From positions 1-48,786 of the forward strand of contig CAZMBM010000003.1 in NCBI GenBank assembly GCA_964564475.1: DNA of 48,786 nt. Direction: 5' to 3'. Of the stretch, positions 9,349 through 18,643 are shown in pieces. A model generated the notes under the pieces. That model was given only the letters and a program-made list of their open reading frames with translations. It was not told where the DNA came from and made no database searches. Position 1 is the stretch's first letter. Every line of letters starts with the position of its first letter. Origin of the DNA: an uncultured Flavobacteriaceae bacterium (GTDB lineage Bacteria; Bacteroidota; Bacteroidia; Flavobacteriales; Flavobacteriaceae). A program made the position numbers and the translations under genes.

Positions 9349-12300
9349 TTAATTATCTTGTTTTACAGAGGTATTTGTTTGGGCTTCCTTAGCCTTTATG
9401 TCGGCAAGTAGGGTTTTGGCGTCGCTCATAACATTGGGATAATCGGTAAAATTTTTAAGTACACTTTCTAAAATATAAGTGGCCTGGTAGGCATCTTTAA
9501 GACCGTAAAAATTCTGCGCCATAAGTACTAAGCCCTTGGCGCCAAATTCTTTATAAGCCGCGTAGTTTGATGCTAAATTCTGAATAACTTTATTCGATGC
9601 TTTGTATTGTTTGTCTTGGGTTTTAAAATAAGCATTGTAGTACAGGGCTTCCGCTTTCAGTTTGCCGTCGGCTGTTTTTTCTACGGCTTTGTATGCCTTT
9701 TTAGCGGTGTCTAAATCATTTATTTTTATAGCAGAGCGTGCAATAATTATATGGGCGTCGCCTTTAACTTTAGCTTCCAAACCCTTTATTTGCAACACTT
9801 TTTGAGCATAAGCCATGGCTTTTTGATAATTGTTTTTGGCGTAAAAAGCTTTCATTAAATTGCTTCGTGCAAAAGTGGTGTTTTGTGTTTTTTCGGCTTC
9901 TTTTTCTAAACGTATAAGCACAGGCAGGGCACTGTCCCAATCAGATTTCTTGAGGTATAAAAGGGCTAATTTAGAGAGCGCTTCTTCTGTAAACAGGGTA
10001 TTTTCTTGCGCAACAACAAACGTTAAATGAGCTTGTGCTTTATCGGGTTCGTTCAAGCTTAAAAAAGATTGGGCGCTGTAAAAATGGGCTTCCAAATTGT
10101 ATATTCCTTTTGGGAAGCGGTTGAGGTATTTTTTAAAGGCCAGCGTGGCTTTTTTTAACTTGTTTTGAAGATAAAACCTTTCGGCCGATTGGTACATAGC
10201 TTTATCTAAACTTTCGTCGGTTTCGGTAACAATATCACTATTTTTAACCCACTGCTCGTAAAGGTCAATCTGACCCAAATCGCTGTATATCTCTTTAGCG
10301 TTTTTTACAGCCTGACGTGCTTCGGGTGCATTGTTAAAATCTTTTACCAAACGTTTGTAGATAGTTAAGGCTTTTGTCGGCTTGTCTTTATTGTAATAGA
10401 TAAGACCCTCTTTTAACAAAGCCTTGGCTTTAAACGGGCTTCGGTTGACAGTATTTAACAATTGATTGTAAGATTGAATGGCCAAATCGTCTTGATTGGT
10501 TTTGAGATACGTATTTCCCAATTCAAATAGGGCGTCATCGTATAAACGGGACTCTTTATTTTGGGCAATGAGTTGTTTTAAGGCGTCAACTTTTTGTGAA
10601 TTGTTATTCAAAAAGCCATAACTCATAGCTATTTGATAGCGGGCATAAGCGGCTTCTTTAAAGTTTAATTGCACTACTTTTTTAAAGGCTTTAATAGCTT
10701 GTGTGTAACGGCTCGTGGCAAAATAACTGTCGCCAAGGCGTAAATAAGCGTCAGTTTGACGTGCCCTGTCAAGCGAAGCGGCATTTACAAAATTTTTAAA
10801 ATAAGTTATGGCCTGTGTGTATTCTTTGCGTTTAAAATGGGTATATCCCAGACTGTAATTTAAATCGCCCGAAAGAGGGCTTTCTAATTTTTTTAAAGTA
10901 TTAAAATCGTTTAAGGCCTTAGAATAACCGGAAAGTCTGTAATATGCTTCACCGCGCCAGTAAAGGGCTTTTTTATGAAAATCATTGTCAAGTTTGACAT
11001 GAAGAGCTTTACTAAAAGCCTTTATGGCGGCGTTGTAATTGGGTTCTAGAAACAGTTGTACACCATAGTAATAAGCGGCTTTTTGATAGGTTTTTCGGCT
11101 TTCTAAATCGTTGAGGTTTTTAAAGTAGGTCAGGGCACCTTTGTAATCCTTAGAGCGCATAAAAGCATTAATAAGCAAGGCATTAACGGCTTCTTTTTCT
11201 CTATGATTGGGATAAGCTTTTAAAAAATTTATAAGCACTTGCGCCACATTGTTATAGGGGTTACCAATATCGTAACTCAATTTGGCATAATTGTAAAAGG
11301 CATCTTCTTTTATTTCGGGGCTGAAAGTCATTTGAGAAGCCTTTCTAAACGCATTTAAAGCTGCGGTTTTATTACCTGTTTTAAGGTAACAATCGGCCAA
11401 ATGGTACGAGGCATTCTGAGCCACAGCGTCTGTGCCGCTAACAATTTTGTTAAACCACGAAATAGCTTTAGAGTAGTCTTTTAGTTTGTAGTAGGCATAG
11501 CCCAATTGGTAATAATCGTCATTGTTCCATTGCCCTTTTAAGCCGTTATACTTTAGCAGATACGGTATGGCCTCGCTGTATTTATTAAGATTGAAATAGC
11601 TTTCGCCAATAATTTTTGACAATTGTGGGATTAAAGGACCTTGTATTTTTTTTAAAAGTGGCAGGCCAATTGTTATGGCTTTTTTAAATCGCCCCATTTT
11701 AAAATTAATATCGGTGAGGTAGTAGGCAACATTGATAGCATAACTTTCGTCTGTCGATACTTTTGACAGGTATTTGTTAGCACTGTCGTAATCCTCATCC
11801 GCATAAGCAATATAACCGTAATAATACTTGGCTTTTTCGCCGTAATTTTTAGAATTGAGAAGTTTGGCAAAATAGGTTTTGGCCAATTTGTGCTTTTTGA
11901 TAATAAATAAGGCATAGCCCTTGTTAAAGATAAGCCGTTCTTTTTGAAAAGTATTTAGGCGGCTAACGGCAACTTTTGAAAACCATTTTAAAGCCTTGTT
12001 ATAATTACCGACATTAAAATAATAATTGCCCACTTCGAGATAAGCTACAGCCGATTTCAAACTGGTGGCATAAGTGCTTACAAATGTGTCCATAGTAGCA
12101 TCTGCCCCAAATTGACCTAGTTTTATAGCACTAAAAGCTTTGTAGAATTCTATATTGGCTCTTGTTTCGGAAGTTTTACTAAAACGGGGACTTATCTCAC
12201 TAAAAACAATTTGCGCAGCGGCGTAATCACTGTTTTGATACAAGTCAACAGCGTGATTGTAGTCTTTTAAAGGAGTGGTATAAATGTCACTCTTTTGAGC

Positions 12301-12357
12301 AAAGCCAAAATTAAAACAAAAAAGCGCCAAGCAACAAGCGGTTTTAACTGGGTTCAT
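9349..12357 (-). CDS. Large tetratricopeptide-repeat (TPR) protein, secreted/periplasmic
   Basis: 1002 aa with a signal peptide (...FNFGFAQ). A 34-aa periodicity with the A..Y..G.Y..A...F consensus repeats more than 15 times. Confidence 0.85.
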   Translation of the reverse strand: MNPVKTACCLALFCFNFGFAQKSDIYTTPLKDYNHAVDLYQNSDYAAAQIVFSEISPRFSKTSETRANIEFYKAFSAIKLGQFGADATMDTFVSTYATSLKSAVAYLEVGNYYFNVGNYNKALKWFSKVAVSRLNTFQKERLIFNKGYALFIIKKHKLAKTYFAKLLNSKNYGEKAKYYYGYIAYADEDYDSANKYLSKVSTDESYAINVAYYLTDINFKMGRFKKAITIGLPLLKKIQGPLIPQLSKIIGESYFNLNKYSEAIPYLLKYNGLKGQWNNDDYYQLGYAYYKLKDYSKAISWFNKIVSGTDAVAQNASYHLADCYLKTGNKTAALNAFRKASQMTFSPEIKEDAFYNYAKLSYDIGNPYNNVAQVLINFLKAYPNHREKEAVNALLINAFMRSKDYKGALTYFKNLNDLESRKTYQKAAYYYGVQLFLEPNYNAAIKAFSKALHVKLDNDFHKKALYWRGEAYYRLSGYSKALNDFNTLKKLESPLSGDLNYSLGYTHFKRKEYTQAITYFKNFVNAASLDRARQTDAYLRLGDSYFATSRYTQAIKAFKKVVQLNFKEAAYARYQIAMSYGFLNNNSQKVDALKQLIAQNKESRLYDDALFELGNTYLKTNQDDLAIQSYNQLLNTVNRSPFKAKALLKEGLIYYNKDKPTKALTIYKRLVKDFNNAPEARQAVKNAKEIYSDLGQIDLYEQWVKNSDIVTETDESLDKAMYQSAERFYLQNKLKKATLAFKKYLNRFPKGIYNLEAHFYSAQSFLSLNEPDKAQAHLTFVVAQENTLFTEEALSKLALLYLKKSDWDSALPVLIRLEKEAEKTQNTTFARSNLMKAFYAKNNYQKAMAYAQKVLQIKGLEAKVKGDAHIIIARSAIKINDLDTAKKAYKAVEKTADGKLKAEALYYNAYFKTQDKQYKASNKVIQNLASNYAAYKEFGAKGLVLMAQNFYGLKDAYQATYILESVLKNFTDYPNVMSDAKTLLADIKAKEAQTNTSVKQDN

Positions 12358-12520
12358 ATTTTGTGATATAGGGGTTCAAATGTATTAATCTTACGTTTAT
12401 GTAACGCCAAAAAACTATATTTTGTATGTTTATTTAACAGATTTTAAAAATCAAAAGCCATACCAATAAGACTTTTTACCTATAAAGACTTCTAAAATTT
12501 AGATATGTTTCAAATCAAAC

Positions 12521-13759
12521 CTATTTTTCTGCAATCAATTTAGCCATAAAGCTGTTAAATTCTTCTACAAAATCTTCGTAATATTTACCGGTAGCGGGGC
12601 CGGAAAAGCCTGTGTGAATCTGCCTAACCTTACCTTTTCTGTCGATAATAATAGAGGTTGGAAATGACATTACTTTACTGAGCATCGGTAAACTTTTTGA
12701 AGCTTCTTTTGAGTCGGAAATACCGGCAATGACATAATCGTATCCAACATTAAATTTCTTTTTCATTTTTTCGACACGGCTTTTGGCATAATCAAAATCA
12801 AATTTCCCTTTTACAGGGTTTTCATAAGCCAAGCCTATAATTTCTACACCCTTGTCTTTATTCTTATCGTACCACTCTTTAAAAAAGCGGGTTTCGTCCA
12901 TACAATTTGGACACCACGTGCCAAAAATTTGTAATATCACCACTTTTCCTTTGTATTTAGGGTCATCTAATGTCACAGGTTTACCATCTAATCCGGGGAA
13001 GGAAAAGCTAATCTTATCATACCCCTTTTTAAGGTAGGTTAATTCTAAGGCGCTGGGCAATTCGAATTTTGGATTGTTTACGGCTGTAAAAGGTTTGTAG
13101 CCGGAACGTCCTGAGAAAAATGCCCCTTTTAAAGAACCGTCATCTTGTAAATCGGCTGTAAATACAAAAGCATGGGTGCCGTCAAAAGTGTACAGTTCCA
13201 TATGATTGTCTTTAGCAAACCCTTCCAAAAAACGGTAATCACCTGTTTTTGTCAAGAAGGTACCGGTAAGCAAATTCCCGTCCGATTTAAATATGCCTTC
13301 GGCAGGGATTTTACCGCCATCATCTTTTATAAAATAAGTTTCCCAACGACCATCAAATTTGCTGTTGCTGCTGGGGGCGTCAAAACGACCATTTTTACCA
13401 AAAGAAGCCTTAAAAGGGAGGCGGTAGTTATCGGCGAAGTTTTTTATATATAAACCGCTTAAATTATCACCGTTTATTTTGGCGCGTATATCGATATCAA
13501 AAATGTACATTTTAATAAAAACAGAGTCGCCTTGCACCGTGATTTCGTCAAGCGGAATGGTTTCTTTTCCGTTAATAAGGCGGGCGGTATAACTGCTGTC
13601 TTTTTTTGTGATTTCAAAATTAAAAGGCAACCAATGTCCCTGAATATCAATTTCACCACGCCACATACCGGCTTTTAGTTCGATTGGTTCGGGTTTTGTA
13701 CACGATAAAATTAAGAGACTACTTAAGAGCACAAAGGCAATTCTGGTAAGGGTTTTCAT
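12521..13759 (-). CDS. TlpA-family thiol:disulfide oxidoreductase lipoprotein with duplicated N-terminal beta-rich domain
   Basis: Lipobox LILSC. The C-terminal thioredoxin fold has the active site FGTWCPNC. The N-terminal ~230 aa form two related modules (G.W.G...NG...GD / DGRWE...G.LTG...GDYR). Confidence 0.8.
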   Translation of the reverse strand: MKTLTRIAFVLLSSLLILSCTKPEPIELKAGMWRGEIDIQGHWLPFNFEITKKDSSYTARLINGKETIPLDEITVQGDSVFIKMYIFDIDIRAKINGDNLSGLYIKNFADNYRLPFKASFGKNGRFDAPSSNSKFDGRWETYFIKDDGGKIPAEGIFKSDGNLLTGTFLTKTGDYRFLEGFAKDNHMELYTFDGTHAFVFTADLQDDGSLKGAFFSGRSGYKPFTAVNNPKFELPSALELTYLKKGYDKISFSFPGLDGKPVTLDDPKYKGKVVILQIFGTWCPNCMDETRFFKEWYDKNKDKGVEIIGLAYENPVKGKFDFDYAKSRVEKMKKKFNVGYDYVIAGISDSKEASKSLPMLSKVMSFPTSIIIDRKGKVRQIHTGFSGPATGKYYEDFVEEFNSFMAKLIAEK

Positions 13760-13763
13760 GAGT

Positions 13764-14828
13764 TTAGTTTTTCCAAGTTAGTTTTAATATTTTCTTTGAT
13801 ACTTTTTGGTTGGTTTCTAAGCCACCAAAGATATATTTTATATTGTCATTTACAGAAGCTAAACCTCGTAAATCCATCGGCAAAAAACTGTTAAAATTTT
13901 TATAAATTTTGCCGTGGTTGTAATAAAAATCAGTCTTATGAGGGGCGACACCTCCTGTTTTATTGTAAGCTATGCCGTTGTAATTGTAGGTGGTAGCACT
14001 TCCGCCGATAAAATGAGGCACCTTATTAACCAAAGCGGCAGCCATACGATAGCTGCCAAAAGGGGTATCCAAAGGTATATTCTCCCAAAGAATTTCAGTC
14101 GGATTTTTAGGATTGACAAAGCCTTTAACCAAGCGTTGTTGAATGGGATAATATTTCCCCATGGCGGCCCCACCGAAATAAAAAATCGTATCTTTTAAAA
14201 AAATGCCTTGTGCCCCAAAAGCTTTAAAAGTATGTGTGTTTGGCAAATCTGTACCTTTTTGCCAAGAGTTGGTAACGGGGTTATAAATTTGAACAGCCGG
14301 TACATTTTCTTTTTGACTCCATCCGGTAACGATAAAAATAAGACTGTCGCGCCACACAGCTTGTACCTGATCGTCAATGGGAGTTGGAATAGGCGTGCCA
14401 TCACTTAAAAAGGTATTGGTTTTTATGTTAAAGCGGTGGACTTTATTTGACGACGCTTCATGGCCATCCGCAAAGACATGATATCCGCCCATTATGTAAA
14501 TAGTGTCTTTTATACGGCTGGCCGCCGAGGCTATTTTACCCAAACTGTCGGGCACATCAGGCAAACGTAACCATATGTTTTTAGTGATGTTATAACGATA
14601 ACAGCGTTTGTGAATGCCCGAATACAATTTGGTACTGTCTAAACCGCCAAAACTGTAAATAAAATATTGACCGTTAATTGTTGCGCTCTCCACCGCGTTG
14701 TTGGTAACGGCTTCGGGAGATTGCGCCATAACTTCTACTTTGAGCTTAGAGAAGTCTTTTTTAGACGTCGTACATCCGCAAAGTGTAAAGAGTAATCCCG
14801 TAAAAAAAGAAAAGAGAAGCTTCACCAA
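13764..14828 (-). CDS. Kelch-repeat beta-propeller lipoprotein
   Basis: Signal peptide with LCGC. Repeated ~50-aa units carry GG and W hallmarks (FGGLD, MGGYH, VTGWS, FGGAA, IGGSA, FGGLE). The start is TTG or the adjacent GTG (uncertain). It lies 4 nt upstream of the TlpA-like gene. Confidence 0.7.
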   Translation of the reverse strand: MVKLLFSFFTGLLFTLCGCTTSKKDFSKLKVEVMAQSPEAVTNNAVESATINGQYFIYSFGGLDSTKLYSGIHKRCYRYNITKNIWLRLPDVPDSLGKIASAASRIKDTIYIMGGYHVFADGHEASSNKVHRFNIKTNTFLSDGTPIPTPIDDQVQAVWRDSLIFIVTGWSQKENVPAVQIYNPVTNSWQKGTDLPNTHTFKAFGAQGIFLKDTIFYFGGAAMGKYYPIQQRLVKGFVNPKNPTEILWENIPLDTPFGSYRMAAALVNKVPHFIGGSATTYNYNGIAYNKTGGVAPHKTDFYYNHGKIYKNFNSFLPMDLRGLASVNDNIKYIFGGLETNQKVSKKILKLTWKN

Positions 14829-14890
14829 ATATTTTTTTCAAATTTAAGTAAATAATAAAAAACGCTTGGGCTAAAGATTTTTAAATTAAT

Positions 14891-14898
14891 TACATTTG
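14891..14898 (+). promoter_or_regulatory. Putative -7 promoter element (TAnnTTTG) for ftsE-like gene
   Basis: tacatttg lies 21 nt upstream of ATG 14919. Confidence 0.35.
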
Positions 14899-14918
14899 TA
14901 AGCGTTGAACCAATTCTA

Positions 14919-15590
14919 ATGCTCCATTTACAAAACGTTTCTATTTTTCAAGACAAAGTCTTGGTATTGTCTGAGGTTAATTTAAGCTTAAACAAAGGCG
15001 ATTTTGTTTATTTAATAGGCAAAACAGGTAGTGGTAAAAGCAGCTTGATGAAAACTTTGTATGGTGAATTACCCTTAAAACAAGGTGAAGGTAACATTGT
15101 AGGATTCGATTTAAAAACACTTAAAGAAAAACAAATTCCGTTTTTACGCCGTAAATTAGGCATAGTCTTCCAAGATTTTAAGTTACTTTTAGACCGGTCG
15201 GTGTTCGATAATCTCGCTTTTGTACTCAGAGCCACAGGATGGAAAGATAAAATCGAGATAAAAACCAAAATAGATGAGGTTTTAAAAAAGGTCGCCATGC
15301 AGACCATGGCTTATAAAATGCCTTTTGAATTGTCGGGAGGCGAACAACAACGTATAGCCATCGCCCGTGCTTTGTTAAATGACCCCGATTTGATTTTAGC
15401 CGATGAACCCACAGGCAACCTCGACCCAAAAACATCGGTTGAGGTAATGCAGGTGCTACAAGACATCAATAAAAGCGGTAAAACCATTTTAATGGCCACA
15501 CACGATTACGCTTTGATACTTAAATTTCCATTTAAAACGTTACGTTGCGATGGCGGGAAGGTCTTTGAAGTGGTTCAGAAAACGGTTTAA
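14919..15590 (+). CDS. ftsE: Cell-division-type ABC ATPase (FtsE-like)
   Basis: 223 aa with Walker A GKTGSGKSS, signature LSGGEQQR and Walker B LILADEPTGNLD. The N-terminus and size are typical of FtsE. There is no adjacent permease gene. Confidence 0.75.
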   Translation: MLHLQNVSIFQDKVLVLSEVNLSLNKGDFVYLIGKTGSGKSSLMKTLYGELPLKQGEGNIVGFDLKTLKEKQIPFLRRKLGIVFQDFKLLLDRSVFDNLAFVLRATGWKDKIEIKTKIDEVLKKVAMQTMAYKMPFELSGGEQQRIAIARALLNDPDLILADEPTGNLDPKTSVEVMQVLQDINKSGKTILMATHDYALILKFPFKTLRCDGGKVFEVVQKTV

Positions 15591-16699
15591 TCCGAAATTA
15601 AACCCACTAATTTTTGTGCATTTTTTTGAGGCGAAAACTCTCCCAGTAATTTTTTTCGTTGGTCGCTTAAATTTTTAGTAAAAGCTTTGTCTTTATAGGT
15701 TTCTACCAAGTTTTTAAAAGCGTTAATTGTATCGGCCGACAGGCAAAGAGATTCCAACCCGGTGTCTTTAATCATAGGGGTATTTGTAAGACAAAAACGT
15801 CCTGCAAACAACGCATTTATCAATTTAAGCTTGATACCGGTAGATTGGAAAGTAAGCATCACGTTAAGATGGGCATGTGCCAATAAATCGTCGGCTTGTT
15901 GTTGCTTTATAATTTCAGAAAATGAAATATTTTTAAAGAGCTTAATTTTTTTAATCAAAGAGCTGTCTTTAAAACTACTGGCAATTATTAAAGGATAATC
16001 AATAGTCTTGAAAACATCGGTTAAAAAACGAGCCGCTTTTAAATTGTCAGAAATTCTTAAATCGGCCATATAAAGGGCATAAGCCCCCTTTTTAGAAAGA
16101 GTTTTGACTGTGTTATTTTGATGAAAAACAGGCAAATAAACAGTCTGTTTAAAACGAGATTTTAAATAGATATGTTCTAAAGGAGAAATACTGAGTACTG
16201 CACCAGCCTTTGTTAAAACCTTTTCATAATTTTTCAATTTTTTACTTTCTTGATTAAAAAATACCTTTTTAGCCAAATTTGTTTCGCTATTTGCAAGTCC
16301 TTTGTAATAAAAATGTTCAATATTATGAGTGCGGACAAAGGTTTGACGTGACTTAAAAGCATCGTCTAAAAGCGGATAAGTACAATGTAGGCCTTCAAAT
16401 AAAATAGGATAATTGTCTTTTTTTAATGAATCAATTAATTCTTGACTGTTGCGAGATTGCACCACAAAAGGCAATTTAGAACGCAAACTTTTTAAAGTTG
16501 TTTGACGTTTGTAGTAATTTACAGATTCGCAATATTTTTCGAGTTCTTTTTGAGGCCTACGATCCTTGTAAAAACAGTGTAAATGTATTTTAACACCTAA
16601 TTCAGACAGCGCTTTTATTTTAAAAAATACGTCAATTACGCCACCGTAATTTGCGGGTAATGGCACGTCAAAAGAAACGATATGTAAATGTTTAGACAA
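15587..16699 (-). CDS. Glycosyltransferase-like protein (GT-B fold, family uncertain)
   Basis: 370 aa with general resemblance to group-1/mannosyltransferase-like GTs (N-terminal HIVSFDVPLPANYGG). It overlaps the upstream GT4 gene by 8 nt. Confidence 0.55.
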   Translation of the reverse strand: MSKHLHIVSFDVPLPANYGGVIDVFFKIKALSELGVKIHLHCFYKDRRPQKELEKYCESVNYYKRQTTLKSLRSKLPFVVQSRNSQELIDSLKKDNYPILFEGLHCTYPLLDDAFKSRQTFVRTHNIEHFYYKGLANSETNLAKKVFFNQESKKLKNYEKVLTKAGAVLSISPLEHIYLKSRFKQTVYLPVFHQNNTVKTLSKKGAYALYMADLRISDNLKAARFLTDVFKTIDYPLIIASSFKDSSLIKKIKLFKNISFSEIIKQQQADDLLAHAHLNVMLTFQSTGIKLKLINALFAGRFCLTNTPMIKDTGLESLCLSADTINAFKNLVETYKDKAFTKNLSDQRKKLLGEFSPQKNAQKLVGLISD

Positions 16700-17804
16700 G
16701 GTCTTTATAAATTTGTATGAGTTTTTTTTCTTCGTTTTCCCAAGTATAGGTCTTAGCGGCTGTTTTAAGATTTTTCAGCCATTGTTTGCGTTGTGTGGTA
16801 TTGCTTAAAATATTTTTAATCTGTTTTGCCAAATCTTTCGGGTTAAGTGATGTGGCTACAGCCCCGATGTTATTTTCTGACACAAGAGCAGCCACTTCTT
16901 TACGGTTAGAGACTAGTAAAGGCGTTTGTGCCTGGATGTAATCGAATACTTTATTGGGCAAACTGTATTCGTAATTTAGGTTGGTTCCTTTGTCTAGAGA
17001 CAAGCCCAAATCGGCCACTTGGGTATATCGCATCAGTTCACGGTAAGATAACTTGTCTTTAACAACAACCTTTTTGGATAGATTTAATTTTGTAACAATC
17101 TTTTTAAGATTGTCAAAAACATCACCACTGCCAATGATATACAAAATGTGATTATTGAGATATTGCATCATTTGCACAGCTTCTTCGGCACCGCGGTCTA
17201 TGTTAATGCCACTTCCCTGTAAAATAAGCATTTTTTTGTTGCCTTTAATCTTTTCAGCGAAAGCGGTATCAAAAGATTTATCTGAATAAGCAGGAGCCAT
17301 ATTTCTGACGACCTTTACGGGAATGTTGTATTTTTTATTATAAATAGAAGCGATTGATTTATTAACAGTATAAACTTTTTTTAGTTTTGGAAAAATAAGT
17401 CGCTCAACTGCCAACCAAATTTTTTGAACAAACGGCCTTGTCGTGAGTTCAGGGACCTCTGTAAATAATTCATGACTGTCGTACACCAAAGGTTTGTTAA
17501 AGATTTTGCTTATTAAAAAGTTGGGCAAAAGTGTGTCTAAATCATTGGCTAACAAAACGTCTTTTCTTAAAAAAAGCAGTGTAAAAAAGAGACTCATATT
17601 GTAATTGGCATAAAACAAAAAACCTTTGTTAAACCACAATCTCATACGTTTGGTTTGGTAAGAACGCCTGAGCGGTTTGCTGTTTTTTAGGCGGCGTCCT
17701 ATAAGAAGCACATCAAAACCCATATTTTGCAGGGTTGTACAAATTTTGTGAACCCGTTGGTCTGAACTGAGGTCATTTGTAACAGAAACTATAAGGCGTT
17801 TCAA
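16692..17804 (-). CDS. Glycosyltransferase family 4 (group 1)
   Basis: 370 aa with the N-terminal donor/acceptor domain pattern and a C-terminal LPNKVFDYIQAQTPLLVS segment, as in GT4 enzymes. Confidence 0.7.
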   Translation of the reverse strand: MKRLIVSVTNDLSSDQRVHKICTTLQNMGFDVLLIGRRLKNSKPLRRSYQTKRMRLWFNKGFLFYANYNMSLFFTLLFLRKDVLLANDLDTLLPNFLISKIFNKPLVYDSHELFTEVPELTTRPFVQKIWLAVERLIFPKLKKVYTVNKSIASIYNKKYNIPVKVVRNMAPAYSDKSFDTAFAEKIKGNKKMLILQGSGINIDRGAEEAVQMMQYLNNHILYIIGSGDVFDNLKKIVTKLNLSKKVVVKDKLSYRELMRYTQVADLGLSLDKGTNLNYEYSLPNKVFDYIQAQTPLLVSNRKEVAALVSENNIGAVATSLNPKDLAKQIKNILSNTTQRKQWLKNLKTAAKTYTWENEEKKLIQIYKDLV

Positions 17805-17878
17805 AAGAAAGGTGTTTTAGACTGACGAAAATATTAAAAATAATCTATTATCGTCCTTATTATAGAGACTAAATAGAC

Positions 17879-18505
17879 TTAACGGTATTTTAACGGCAGG
17901 TGTACAAGCTTTTTGGTTTCAAAAAAAGGATTGTCAAAATAATCGGCTAAGGCAAATAGACGGGCTTTGGGAAACTTTGCCAATTCTTCGGTTAAATCGC
18001 CACCTTTTAAATATAAAATACCGTTTTTAAGTGCGTGACTTTGTTTTTTGGCTACTTTATGACGTGTCCATTTTACAAATGTATCCATAGAGGTAACGGC
18101 ACGGCTGACTATAAAATCGAATTCGCCCTGTACTTTCTCGGCACGCTGTTGTGCAGCTTTTACGTTTTTTAATCCAAGAACTTCGACGACAGTTTGTACC
18201 ACTTTTATCTTTTTGGCAATGGCGTCAATGAGATAAAAGTGCGTTTCGGGGAATAAAATAGCCAAAGGGATTCCGGGGAAGCCCCCTCCGGTACCCACAT
18301 CCAAAATACGGGCTTTGGGTTTAAAAGGCTGTACTTTGGCAATGGCTAAAGAGTGCAGCACATGTCTTATATACAGGTGGTCTATATCTTTGCGCGAGAC
18401 CACATTTATTTGGGCATTCCATTGGTTATAAAGGCTTCCCAGCTTTTCAAATTGTGTTATTTGTTCAGGAGATAAATCGGGAAAATATTTTAAAATGATA
18501 TTCAT
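17879..18505 (-). CDS. rsmG: 16S rRNA (guanine527-N7)-methyltransferase
   Basis: SAM-binding motif DVGTGGGFPGIPLAI. The ORF track begins at GTG 18523; ATG at 18505 (MNIILKYFPDLSPEQ) fits the usual RsmG N-terminus better. Confidence 0.85.
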   Translation of the reverse strand: MNIILKYFPDLSPEQITQFEKLGSLYNQWNAQINVVSRKDIDHLYIRHVLHSLAIAKVQPFKPKARILDVGTGGGFPGIPLAILFPETHFYLIDAIAKKIKVVQTVVEVLGLKNVKAAQQRAEKVQGEFDFIVSRAVTSMDTFVKWTRHKVAKKQSHALKNGILYLKGGDLTEELAKFPKARLFALADYFDNPFFETKKLVHLPLKYR

Positions 18506-18643
18506 AATGTTATTAAACCCCACAAAATTACGACTCTTAGACTTAAATCTAATACATAAAAAAAGGTTAATTTTTACGCTCTATAAAGGCTTTGTTAATT
18601 TAATGTGTTTTCTTTGCACTTTATAATACATTTTTAATTAGGC

